Source of the DNA: Candidatus Bathyarchaeia archaeon
GTDB taxonomy: Archaea > Thermoproteota > Bathyarchaeia > Bathyarchaeales > Bathycorpusculaceae
Assembly (NCBI GenBank): GCA_038882575.1
Contig: JAVZNZ010000002.1
Coordinates: 170,083-234,082, forward strand
Direction: 5' to 3'
DNA length: 64,000 nt
Shown here: piece after piece, positions 45,157-54,151 of the stretch
Position numbering within the stretch: the stretch's first letter is position 1
Layout: every line of letters starts with the position of its first letter
Position numbers and translations under genes: made by a program
Notes under the pieces: generated by a model
Seen by the model: the letters and a program-made list of their open reading frames with translations, nothing else
What the model was told of the DNA's origin: nothing
Database searches by the model: none

Positions 45157-46278
45157 ACCGTAAAGTATGTCATACACGCAAAATTCGAAATAGAAGGGGT
45201 AGTTGAAAAACCAGACGTTATAGGAGCAGTTTTCGGGCAAACGGAAGGACTTTTCGGACCCGAACTTGACCTAAGAGAGTTGCAGAAGTCTGGCAGAATT
45301 GGAAGAATAGAAATCGACCTTCATTCAAAACAGGATAGGACGACGGGCACCATAACAATTCCAACAAGCCTAGATAGGGTTTCAACAGCCTTAATAGCCG
45401 CAAGCATAGAGAGCATAAATAGGGTTGGCCCATGCGCTGCTAAAGTGACCCTTGAAAAAATTGAGGATGTTAGAGAAGCCCGGAGAAAAATGATAATTGA
45501 TAGGGCTAAGGAAATCCTCCATAAATGGACAATAGAGTCGATGCCTTCCGTTGACGAAATTTTTAAAGAAGTGGCTGAAACGCTCAAAGTGGCGAAAGTC
45601 GAAAAATACGGCCCTGAAGAATTGTCCGCTGGACCGGAAGTCGACAGTTCAAAAGAACTTATTGTTGTTGAGGGAAGGGCTGATGTGATAAATCTAATGC
45701 GCTGCGGAATGTTGAATGTAATAGCCCTCGAAGGTGCGAAGGTTCCTGAAACAATAAAGAGGCTATCTAAAGAGAAGGAGATAACAGCCCTGCTTGACGG
45801 AGACAGGGGCGGAGACCTAATTTTAAAAGAACTTCTGCAAGTTACAAACGTAAAATATGTTGCCAGAGCTCCCCGAGGGAAAGAGGTTGAGGAATTAAAT
45901 TGCAAGGAAATATTTGAGGCGTTAGAAGCAAAAGTGCCAGTTGAGGAACTTTTTAAGCCTAAAAAGGAAAAACAGAAGGTTGAAGTTCCAAATGAGGTTA
46001 TTCAAATTGCACGGAGTCTAGAGGGGACGCTTGAAGCTGTGATTTTAAATGACAAGTTGGAGCAGATGGATAGGCTGCCTGTAAGCCAGCTTGCCGAGAA
46101 GCTTCAGCAGATGGAAGGTGTTGACACCGTCATTTTTGATGGAATTATCACGCAGAGAATAGTTGACGTGGCAAGCGAGAAGGGCATAAGGAGGGTTATT
46201 GCCTCGCGGGTGTCGGATGCCGTTAAGCCATCTTTAAATGTGAAACTAATAACATTTTCAGAAATTATGGAGCGTTAG
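45157..46278 (+). CDS. dnaG: Archaeal DnaG (Toprim primase / exosome-associated protein); 5' end unresolved
   Basis: Conserved N-terminus TVKYVIHAKFEIEGVVEKPDVIGAVFGQTEGLFGPELDLRELQKSGRIGRIEI is in frame upstream of the ORF-track TTG at 45280. Toprim core LIVVEGRADVINL and LLDGDRGGDLI. No ATG/GTG/TTG lies in frame between the stop at 45115 and 45280. Confidence 0.85.
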   Translation, partial: TVKYVIHAKFEIEGVVEKPDVIGAVFGQTEGLFGPELDLRELQKSGRIGRIEIDLHSKQDRTTGTITIPTSLDRVSTALIAASIESINRVGPCAAKVTLEKIEDVREARRKMIIDRAKEILHKWTIESMPSVDEIFKEVAETLKVAKVEKYGPEELSAGPEVDSSKELIVVEGRADVINLMRCGMLNVIALEGAKVPETIKRLSKEKEITALLDGDRGGDLILKELLQVTNVKYVARAPRGKEVEELNCKEIFEALEAKVPVEELFKPKKEKQKVEVPNEVIQIARSLEGTLEAVILNDKLEQMDRLPVSQLAEKLQQMEGVDTVIFDGIITQRIVDVASEKGIRRVIASRVSDAVKPSLNVKLITFSEIMER

Positions 46279-48657
46279 TTAGAAAAAGTCTGTAAGCCTC
46301 CTAGTTTCTTTTTCCTCAAATTTTGAAGTTAACAGTTGCTCTTCGGTTATGCCGAAACTTTCGAGAACCCTTGCTGCTGCCGGTGCTACCTGCTTTGTCA
46401 CGTAATATTCTATGTCTATGTCGTCATACGAGGCGAAAGTGTATGGTTTAACCCTCTCATACAATCGTCCACTTCCAGAAACCACCACATACCCTATTTT
46501 GTCGCCTACCGACAGCTTCCAGCCCTTTTCCATAAGCATTTTTGCAGCCTCTACATGCGAAGCCTTAACCTCATACTCTTCAACTGGTTTTGTAAGGGTT
46601 TTCCAAATTATTAGGTCTCGGAAGGGCGCACGCTTCTGTCGAAGCTCAGTTATAAATTGTTGCACGAATCTTGCTGCTTTTTTGGGAGATTGCTCCTTCA
46701 ATATTATTTCTAAAACTTTTTCCTGAACCTTCTTGGCTACTGTGGCCCAGTCTCCGCGGATAACTTCCAAACCGACAATGTCAAGCTTTCCGTCGGGTAA
46801 AAGTCCTGCATACCGTTTTTTTGCTTCTGTGAAGAATATTCTCGTGTAAATTTTGTCTGGTTTGATTTCAAGTCCAAGCTTCTCTTCGATTTCTTTTGTA
46901 AAACGCTCAATTTTTTCCGGCTCATATTTTAGGAAGATGCTGTCCGTATCGCCGTAAACAACCTTTAAACCATTTTCCTCAGCCATCTTAATCGCGTTAA
47001 GTATTGTGTATCTGCCCCAAGCGGTGGCTGCTTCTGCTACGGGCTTTATGTACCATCTCGCCCCAATCCAGCCAGCATACCCATAAGAGGCGTTTGTTAT
47101 GACTTTTACTGCTTTCTGTCTCGCATCTAAAACGCGATATTCCGTGCTTTCTTTTGGGATTTCCTTCATTTTTAAGCGAATTTCATCTCTCACCCTTATG
47201 AGTTGGGTTAGAACTTCCTTGTAAAAGCCTGCTGGCTCCTTTCGGAACTTGTGCTTAACTTCTGGTGTTTCGTGAACTCCGCATTGAGGAATAGGCTCCT
47301 TAGGCGCCACGTAAGTGTCGGGGGACAGGTTGTAAGTTATCATGATGTTTGGATACATGCTTTTAAAGTCTAAAACAGCAATATTTTCATGTAGGCCCGG
47401 CTCTGGGCTGAGCACCACCGCCCCAACATAGGGCCTATAGGGCTGTTCTATTCTTTTTGGCACAAGCTCGCCCATTTTCTGTGCATGTTTGATTAGGAAC
47501 CATTCGACTCTAAAGCCTACGGCTGCCGTGCCAACGTGGTCTAGGGGGAGCCCCACAAGGTTTGAAAGTTGTATGGCAAAATTTAATATTGCTTCAGTTA
47601 TTCCCATAATGCAGCGTGTGTTTTCAACAGAAAATTTCTTTAAAACCTCACGTTTGCTTCTATCATCCCAATAGTCTGCGAAGTCAACATCTTCAACTAA
47701 TGTGCGATCTTCAATTTTCATTACGCCCAAATAATCCGCCAAATTCTCCAGCGTCTTGACTTTAACTTCTGGAAACTCATCGGCAAAATCGAAGAGGTCT
47801 ATGTTGGCCCTTCCAGTTATCGAAACATGCCCGTAAACGCTTGTGTGCGGCTCTGTTCCAGCTCTGTCAACATGCAGCCGCAATCCAAGCCTCTTACATC
47901 TTTCATTGAGATACGGCCAATCTTGACTGTTAACGCCATACCCAACAATTATGTCTGGATCAAAATCCAACACATAGTTTATGAAAGCCTCAAGCAGTTG
48001 CTTGTCATTTTTGTTTTCGTCCGCCAAAAACAGCCTTTGTTCGCCCGTGTTCGTCGCGGTGGAAACAATTACAACAGGGTTTCTGTCCGGTTTTGGCGAG
48101 CCTTCCCGGCTGTAACATATTGTTGAAAATCCTAAAATTTTCAGTTGGGGAATTTCGGTTTTTTCAACGAGTTTTGGCGGCGACTTTGCAGTGTAGAATT
48201 TGTCAACTCGCACGTTAGGGGGCCTTTTCTCTTCAAAAACCTCTATCTCATGCCACCCGCACGGAATGACGTTGTTGTCAATTAGATAGCGCATTGAGTA
48301 TCGAATGTCATCTTCGAGGCAGTCTTTAACTCCTTCGAGTTTTCGAAGCGCTTTTACATATTTTGGGATGGCATCCGGATCTCTACAATAGACTTTTATG
48401 ACTTTAACTGGTTTACCGAAAAACTTTCGCTCCAGATTTTCAAGCTTCACAATAGACGAAAGTCCACTCTTTTCAATTGCCTCAAGAACCTTTGAGGGGC
48501 TTGCTCCCTCCTCAACTAAAACATAAAAGTATGCGAGAAAACTTCTGTCAACAATTAAAATCCTTCTCCCAAGGTCATCGATGCCCCAAAGCCATATTTC
48601 GGAAACTCCATCCTTAACTTCGTAGTTCACGTCTAAAAGCCAAAACCTAGTCTTCAT
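46279..48657 (-). CDS. polB: Family B DNA polymerase with intact polymerase motifs and degenerate 3'-5' exonuclease motifs
   Basis: Motif A LDFKSMYPNIM, motif B KVITNASYGY, motif C VVYGDTDSIF, KKRYAG. Exo I position reads LKILGFSTICYS, Exo II YGVNSQDWPYL, Exo III FSVENT. Confidence 0.9.
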   Translation of the reverse strand: MKTRFWLLDVNYEVKDGVSEIWLWGIDDLGRRILIVDRSFLAYFYVLVEEGASPSKVLEAIEKSGLSSIVKLENLERKFFGKPVKVIKVYCRDPDAIPKYVKALRKLEGVKDCLEDDIRYSMRYLIDNNVIPCGWHEIEVFEEKRPPNVRVDKFYTAKSPPKLVEKTEIPQLKILGFSTICYSREGSPKPDRNPVVIVSTATNTGEQRLFLADENKNDKQLLEAFINYVLDFDPDIIVGYGVNSQDWPYLNERCKRLGLRLHVDRAGTEPHTSVYGHVSITGRANIDLFDFADEFPEVKVKTLENLADYLGVMKIEDRTLVEDVDFADYWDDRSKREVLKKFSVENTRCIMGITEAILNFAIQLSNLVGLPLDHVGTAAVGFRVEWFLIKHAQKMGELVPKRIEQPYRPYVGAVVLSPEPGLHENIAVLDFKSMYPNIMITYNLSPDTYVAPKEPIPQCGVHETPEVKHKFRKEPAGFYKEVLTQLIRVRDEIRLKMKEIPKESTEYRVLDARQKAVKVITNASYGYAGWIGARWYIKPVAEAATAWGRYTILNAIKMAEENGLKVVYGDTDSIFLKYEPEKIERFTKEIEEKLGLEIKPDKIYTRIFFTEAKKRYAGLLPDGKLDIVGLEVIRGDWATVAKKVQEKVLEIILKEQSPKKAARFVQQFITELRQKRAPFRDLIIWKTLTKPVEEYEVKASHVEAAKMLMEKGWKLSVGDKIGYVVVSGSGRLYERVKPYTFASYDDIDIEYYVTKQVAPAAARVLESFGITEEQLLTSKFEEKETRRLTDFF

Positions 48658-48786
48658 GGCTGGTTGCCTTCCTTCTTAATAAAGTGAGAAACAAGCACTT
48701 TTTAACATTTTTTAGGTTCATCTTTAATAGGAAAGAAAGGGTCAATTATTGAAATGTGAATGTTGAATAGAAGAGGCTAAAATGCA

Positions 48787-49878
48787 TTGAAAATCTTAGA
48801 GGTCAACCTTAAAAAGGGCTTTGTGAAAGTTGTTCCAGAAAATTTCGACGATTTATGGCATTTATACAACATCATCGGCAAGGACGACAAAGTTTACGCC
48901 TACACCTCACGTGAAATAAGACCCAGCGAAGAGTATTTAAGGCCAAAACGTGGGGAACGCGTTCAAGTTTTTCTTGGAGTGAAGGTTGAAGAAGTTGTTT
49001 GGGACAAACTATTGGGAAGGCTTAGAATACATGGAACAATATGTGAAGCGCCAGAAATTGTTCCAGCTGGCGCCCACCACACATTAAATGTTGCGCTAAA
49101 CAATCCTTTGACAATAGTTAAGGGCGAGTGGGCTAAACATCAAATTGAAAGACTTGAGAGGGCAAGTAAAACATCCGAAAAATCGTTGATAATTGTGGCA
49201 ATAGACGATGAAAGTTATGCCATAGCAACAACAACCCAGTACGGAGTCGAAATAAAAGCGGAAGAAAACATAAAACTTCCCGGAAAACTTGAAACTGAAA
49301 AAAGGGATGCCGCAATAAAAGAATACTTCAAAAAAGCTTTGGAAAGCCTACGCCAAATATGGAAAAACACGCCAAGCCCCATCGCAATCATCGGCGTGGG
49401 CTTTATAAAAAATGATTTTGCAAAGTTTTTAGAAAACGAGGCAAAGGAAATTGCCAAATCAGTTATAGATGTAAAAAGCGTCAACAACGGCGGCGTTGCC
49501 GGAATTTATGAAGCATTACGCTCCGGCGTTTTGTCTAAGGCCATGCAAACGCAAAGAATCTTTGAAGAAACAAGGGTGATTGAAGAAATTTTAAAAGGGC
49601 TTGGCAAAGGAGAGACAAATGTCGTTTACGGGCTTGAAGAGGTTGAAAAAGCTGCACAAATTGGTGCAGTAGAAAAGCTTGTTTTGGCGGATGCAATTTT
49701 GCGGAAAGCCTCCGACGAAAATCGACGGCATCTGGAAGATTTGATGAAAAGCGTGGAACAAAAAGGCGGCAGCTTAATGGTTGTTAGCACAGAACATGAG
49801 GCTGGCGCAAAGTTGATGGCTTTAGGCGGAGTAGCCGCAATATTACGCTTTTCAATGCAGCATTCACTTGGCTCTTAG
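48787..49878 (+). CDS. pelA: Pelota (Dom34) ribosome-rescue factor
   Basis: MKILEVNLKKGFVKVVPENFDDLWHLYNII N-terminus and an eRF1-like central/C-terminal domain pattern. 363 aa, TTG start. Confidence 0.9.
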   Translation: MKILEVNLKKGFVKVVPENFDDLWHLYNIIGKDDKVYAYTSREIRPSEEYLRPKRGERVQVFLGVKVEEVVWDKLLGRLRIHGTICEAPEIVPAGAHHTLNVALNNPLTIVKGEWAKHQIERLERASKTSEKSLIIVAIDDESYAIATTTQYGVEIKAEENIKLPGKLETEKRDAAIKEYFKKALESLRQIWKNTPSPIAIIGVGFIKNDFAKFLENEAKEIAKSVIDVKSVNNGGVAGIYEALRSGVLSKAMQTQRIFEETRVIEEILKGLGKGETNVVYGLEEVEKAAQIGAVEKLVLADAILRKASDENRRHLEDLMKSVEQKGGSLMVVSTEHEAGAKLMALGGVAAILRFSMQHSLGS

Positions 49879-50571
49879 TCTCCTTCTAACAGCAGGGTTT
49901 TGTTCAGCAACCCTTTTCAAAGCCATTTCAAATGTTTCGTTGCTTGAAAGCTCCCTTTTAATAAAAACTCCTGTTCTTCCAATTTCGTCCCTCCTCAAAA
50001 GGGCGTGAACACGATCTAAAACTGTTTCGACGGATATTCCGAGCATCTTTGCAATGTGCTCTTCCCTTCCCACAACTGTGCTTTCCACGTGACCTTTTTC
50101 GTTGGGTTCAATAAGCATTAAACGTTTGTCCACACCCGCAACTCGCCGGTTCTCATTTAGACCTTTTAGGCTGATTTCTCCCCCAAATCTATAAAATTCT
50201 CTTTCAACTTTACGCATTTCAATGAGTGGAAATGAAACGCTTGTTTTCTCATCAATTTCAAGATATGCCTTAACAGCGTACGTTGGTGTGGCTTGCACAA
50301 TTAAACGTTTATTAACCGGTATTCCAGCCTTTTCCAATGCCGTCTCAACGCGAAAAGAGGACACATGATAGGGTAGGAAAACATCTATATCGCTTTTTAA
50401 GTTCACATCACCCCTTGCTATGCTTCCATGAACTATCGATTCCAAATGAAAGTCTTCTAAGGCCCTCATTATTTTGGCTGCTTTTTCCCTAAACTTTTTT
50501 AGGAGATTCCAATGGTCAGCATCATAAATAACTTCACGGTACTCAAAAGTTCGCCTTGGCTTTACAGCCAT
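49864..50571 (-). CDS. Pol-beta-superfamily nucleotidyltransferase domain protein (conserved archaeal)
   Basis: HGSIARGDVNLKSDIDVFL (GS...DxD NTase motif). 235 aa. Confidence 0.75.
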   Translation of the reverse strand: MAVKPRRTFEYREVIYDADHWNLLKKFREKAAKIMRALEDFHLESIVHGSIARGDVNLKSDIDVFLPYHVSSFRVETALEKAGIPVNKRLIVQATPTYAVKAYLEIDEKTSVSFPLIEMRKVEREFYRFGGEISLKGLNENRRVAGVDKRLMLIEPNEKGHVESTVVGREEHIAKMLGISVETVLDRVHALLRRDEIGRTGVFIKRELSSNETFEMALKRVAEQNPAVRRRLRAK

Positions 50572-50649
50572 AAATGGTTCCCTTTTTCAAAAGACTATTG
50601 TATATGCTTGTTTTAATATTTTCAGAAGCACCTGTGATGTGAAACTGTT

Positions 50650-51597
50650 ATGTCTACAACAACTCTCATGTGCTCTGTTTGCAAGGCAAGGGAGGCATTC
50701 TTTTTTAGGCCATATTCTGGAGAAAAGCTCTGCAAAAAATGCTTTGTAAACTCCATTGAAATAAAGGTTAGGGCAACAATCGCCAAATACAAAATGTTTG
50801 AAATCGACGACAAAATAGCTGTTGCTGTTTCCGGCGGAAAAGACAGCGTTAGCCTGTTGCATTTGCTAGCGAAAATAGAGAAGGGCTATCCCAAAGCTTC
50901 GCTTGTCGCCATCACTGTTGACGAGGGAATCAAGGGCTATCGTGACGAAGCCTTAAAAATAGCAGCTGAAAATTGCGAGAAACTTGGCATAAAACATTAC
51001 GTGACGTCCTTCAAAAAACTTTATGGCTACACTTTGGATGAAATGGTAAAACGCACAAAACAGCTGGGCAAGAACACGCTTTCGCCATGTGCTTATTGCG
51101 GCGTTCTGCGAAGGAAAGCCCTAAACTTGGCTGCAAGAGAAGTCCGAGCAGACAAAATTGCGACAGCCCACACGTTGGACGATGAAACCCAAACAATTCT
51201 CCTAAACATTTTTCACGGCGATGTCTTGCGCATTGCAAGGGAAAAACCCGTGACAGACGAGGCCCACCCTAAACTTGTGCAGAAGGTTAAGCCTTTCTGC
51301 GAAATTCCAGAAAAGGAAACAGCCCTTTACGCCTACATTAAAAAAATAAAGTTTCAGAGCCGACCATGCCCATATGCTTCAGAAGCCCTAAGAAACGACA
51401 TACGTAATATGCTTAACCGCATGGAGGAAAAACATGCTGGAATAAAATTTACCATTTTCAAATCCATAGAAAAAGTCCGCCCAGCACTAGAAAAAATTGC
51501 TAATGGAGAAGGCCTAAAGGAATGCAGCGAGTGCGGAGAACCAACAACAGAAAAAATATGCAAAACCTGCCAGATGCTTGCGCAGTTGAGCTGGTGA
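50650..51597 (+). CDS. PP-loop ATPase of the TtuA/Ncs6 family (tRNA 2-thiolation enzyme)
   Basis: N-terminal CSVCK...CKKCF zinc finger, PP-loop VAVSGGKDS, central CAYCGVLRR, C-terminal CSECGEP...CKTCQ. Confidence 0.85.
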   Translation: MSTTTLMCSVCKAREAFFFRPYSGEKLCKKCFVNSIEIKVRATIAKYKMFEIDDKIAVAVSGGKDSVSLLHLLAKIEKGYPKASLVAITVDEGIKGYRDEALKIAAENCEKLGIKHYVTSFKKLYGYTLDEMVKRTKQLGKNTLSPCAYCGVLRRKALNLAAREVRADKIATAHTLDDETQTILLNIFHGDVLRIAREKPVTDEAHPKLVQKVKPFCEIPEKETALYAYIKKIKFQSRPCPYASEALRNDIRNMLNRMEEKHAGIKFTIFKSIEKVRPALEKIANGEGLKECSECGEPTTEKICKTCQMLAQLSW

Positions 51598-51636
51598 ACC
51601 GATATTCATATAAGTAAGGGAAATTGAACACAAGAG

Positions 51637-52380
51637 GTGATGAATGACTTAATCGCAATTTTAACGGCAGTAACGATCGTGAGCCTCACATCCTTCATAG
51701 GCATAATTTTCATAGGACTAAAGGAAAAGCTGCTAAAGCGGATTTTAACGGGTTTAGTTGGCTTTGCCTCAGGAACTCTTCTTGGCGGGGCCCTATTACA
51801 TTTGTTACCAGAAGCAGCAAATTCCGACAATACATTAGCGCCTTTCTACTATGTTATTTTGGGTGTTGTCGCCTTTTTTGCTTTGGAAAAATTCCTTTAC
51901 TGGCGCCACTGCCACGAAGAAGAATGTCCAGTTCACATGTTCGTTTACCTCAACCTAATCGGCGACGGAATCCACAATTTTATTGATGGCATGATAATAG
52001 CCGCCACATTCGTAGTTTCCTTCGAATTGGGATTTGCAACTACACTGGCGGTAATATTCCACGAAATCCCGCAGGAAATAGGCGACTTCGGAGTTTTGGT
52101 TTATGGTGGTTTAAGCAAAAAGAAAGCCATAACCTTCAACTTCATTTCTGCCGTAACTGCAGTTTTCGGCGCCTTGATAACATACTTTATGACGTATATG
52201 CAAAGTCTTGAAACTCTGCTTGTTCCATTTGCAGCGGGCGGCTTCATTTACATTGCAGCAACAGACCTAATGCCTCAGCTTCACAAGAAATTTCAGGTTT
52301 ACTCTTCAATAGCTCAGCTTTGCGCTATATTGCTTGGAATAGGGTTGATGGCTTACCTAAAAATTGCCATGGGCGCCTAA
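51637..52380 (+). CDS. ZIP-family divalent metal (zinc) transporter
   Basis: HNFIDGM and HEIPQEIGDFGVL signature helices. 247 aa. Confidence 0.85.
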   Translation: MMNDLIAILTAVTIVSLTSFIGIIFIGLKEKLLKRILTGLVGFASGTLLGGALLHLLPEAANSDNTLAPFYYVILGVVAFFALEKFLYWRHCHEEECPVHMFVYLNLIGDGIHNFIDGMIIAATFVVSFELGFATTLAVIFHEIPQEIGDFGVLVYGGLSKKKAITFNFISAVTAVFGALITYFMTYMQSLETLLVPFAAGGFIYIAATDLMPQLHKKFQVYSSIAQLCAILLGIGLMAYLKIAMGA

Positions 52381-52577
52381 CAATTTTTTCTGGCAGATTT
52401 CATCTTTAACTGGCGCAACCTCTCCGAAGCTTCAAACGCTGTCTTCGCGGCAGCAACCCTTTTTGCCCTTCTAACCTCAACCCTAAAACCGCAGTATGAG
52501 CATGTCCTTGACTTTTGCTCGGTCTTAGCCAGCAAGAGTGCGCCGCATCTTTCACAAACAATTATTAGGAAAGCCAT
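52377..52577 (-). CDS. Small zinc-ribbon protein (DUF1922-like)
   Basis: CERCGALLLAKTEQKSRTCSYCG four-Cys ribbon followed by a basic tail. 66 aa. Confidence 0.6.
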   Translation of the reverse strand: MAFLIIVCERCGALLLAKTEQKSRTCSYCGFRVEVRRAKRVAAAKTAFEASERLRQLKMKSARKNC

Positions 52578-52658
52578 AATACGGTTTTCCCCGTTCTCTA
52601 TCCGAAAACCTTTTCCACACTCGCCCTAAATAACGCTTAATGCCAAAAAGGGAAGTAA

Positions 52659-53027
52659 ATGAGCAGCGAAGATAAAACGAAAACCACACGCCCCACAGAC
52701 CTAATTGAGCTTGCAGCGCAATACTTTAAAAAAATAGGATACAAAGTTGAGTTGGAACCAACAGCTTTTGAGGGTTTTAGTGGAATTTCAAGAAAATTCG
52801 ACCTAATAGTCCAGAAGGGTCGCGTAACCCAGGGCGTTTGGATAAAAGACTGGAAAAGGACAATAGGCATTAATGTCATAATAAATCTTGATAAGGCTTC
52901 GGAGGACGCGGGCTTATCAAATCCAATAATAATTGGCGAAAAATTCAGCGACCATGCAAAAGCCTATGCAAACAGAAGAAAAATCATGTTGTTGACCAAG
53001 AGGCAGATTATCCTCGGCCTAAGATAA
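52659..53027 (+). CDS. Hypothetical protein, possible PD-(D/E)xK nuclease-like fold
   Basis: 122-aa ORF. YFKKIGYKVELEP...FDLIVQKG...VWIKDWK spacing is reminiscent of restriction-endonuclease-like cores. The assignment is weak. Confidence 0.5.
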   Translation: MSSEDKTKTTRPTDLIELAAQYFKKIGYKVELEPTAFEGFSGISRKFDLIVQKGRVTQGVWIKDWKRTIGINVIINLDKASEDAGLSNPIIIGEKFSDHAKAYANRRKIMLLTKRQIILGLR

Positions 53028-53033
53028 TAATTT

Positions 53034-53678
53034 TTAAATTCTCAGATACTCTTCTGTAAGGCCCTCTTTCTCAAGTAGCCCTAACCAGTCAACAACGCCC
53101 ACGCGGCACTTTTTGGCGCCAACCAAAACACCAATTATTTCATTGGCGATTGCCTCCTCGCTTTTGCCAGTAACATCCAACTCGCAAACCTTCTCCCTGC
53201 CATGCTTTTTTAAGGCATCGAATAGACATACATCCAAAATTTCTGATGCCAAATTCTCCCACAGTTTGCGTCCGGAAAAGCCGCGCTTCTCCATAAATTT
53301 TCTAAGTTCAACTGGGTTTCTCCTCAAAACAAAAACGTGTGTTGAGAGCTTCCTTGAAACGACGTGGGGTGCATAATGCCCGTCCACAACCACATGCCCA
53401 TCAGCCTCTCTAACAATTTTGCCAATTTTGCGTCGCATTTTTCCCTCGTCAATTATTAAGGAGTTTCGTTGCTCATCAACGCCCAAAACAAGGTTTTCAC
53501 GCGTTGCCAAATCGGTCAAATTCACATATAAGGCATTCAGCCTCTCCGCAAGCAAACGGGCAACTGAAGTTTTCCCAACACAAGGCGTACCAGTAATAAT
53601 AACAACGTATTTAACGCTTTTTAGAGGCTTTTCAGGCAATCGGTGCACCCTCAACGTTAAAAATAACATACTTTGCAC
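53034..53678 (-). CDS. Fap7/adenylate-kinase-6-like P-loop NTPase (ribosome biogenesis kinase)
   Basis: P-loop ITGTPCVGKTSVARLLAERL, followed by LIIDEG...VVDGH. The true start is likely downstream of the annotated Met. Confidence 0.7.
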   Translation of the reverse strand: MQSMLFLTLRVHRLPEKPLKSVKYVVIITGTPCVGKTSVARLLAERLNALYVNLTDLATRENLVLGVDEQRNSLIIDEGKMRRKIGKIVREADGHVVVDGHYAPHVVSRKLSTHVFVLRRNPVELRKFMEKRGFSGRKLWENLASEILDVCLFDALKKHGREKVCELDVTGKSEEAIANEIIGVLVGAKKCRVGVVDWLGLLEKEGLTEEYLRI

Positions 53679-53718
53679 AACACAAAACTTTATCGCTAAC
53701 CCCCAAAATATTTATCTT

Positions 53719-54036
53719 GGGCTGGCGAGTTGGTGGGTGGCCTTCGAGCCCCTAAAAGGGGCTTGAGGAAACTCCGCCCACAAGTAGAATTGCAACACCC
53801 GCAAGGGTGTAGGGCGAGAGCCCTGGCAACGGAGCAGAAACGAAACGTCCATCCGGCAAATGCCAATGAGGCATGCTAAGTTGTCGAGAATGCTGGATGC
53901 GAAACGGTGAAACGGCCGTCCTGCAAGTGGAAAGGGCAAACAAGCGCCTATGAGGAATCTACCCAGAGGCGCAGGTAGCCCGAATAGTCAAATGCCACCT
54001 AAAACTTAAGGCGGGTTACAGCCAACACGCCAGCCC
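53719..54036 (+). ncRNA. rnpB: RNase P RNA
   Basis: P1 GGGCUGGCG/CGCCAGCCC closes the molecule. CR-I-like UGAGGAAACUCCGCCCAC pairs (P4) with 3' GGCGGGUUACAG. Internal CGGUGAAACGGC (CR-II-like) and GCGAAACGG elements. About 318 nt. Confidence 0.85.
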
Positions 54037-54151
54037 ACCAATGCGCATAAATTTACTTATTTGTTTTGTAGTTTGCGGCGCCTGGTGGAGTAGAATGTTT
54101 ACGTAAGTTTTATAAATGTAGTTTCAACATAAAATCAATCCGTGACCGAAT

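Noticed and set aside
44393-45905. Minus-strand ORFs of 180 aa (44393-44935) and 194 aa (45321-45905)
   Set aside because: They are antisense to the Toprim-domain and DnaG genes, which have clear motif support. The translations are Ser/Phe-rich and featureless.
53712-53943. Minus-strand ORFs of 75 aa and 63 aa
   Set aside because: They lie inside the RNase P RNA gene and are artefacts of its G+C-rich sequence.
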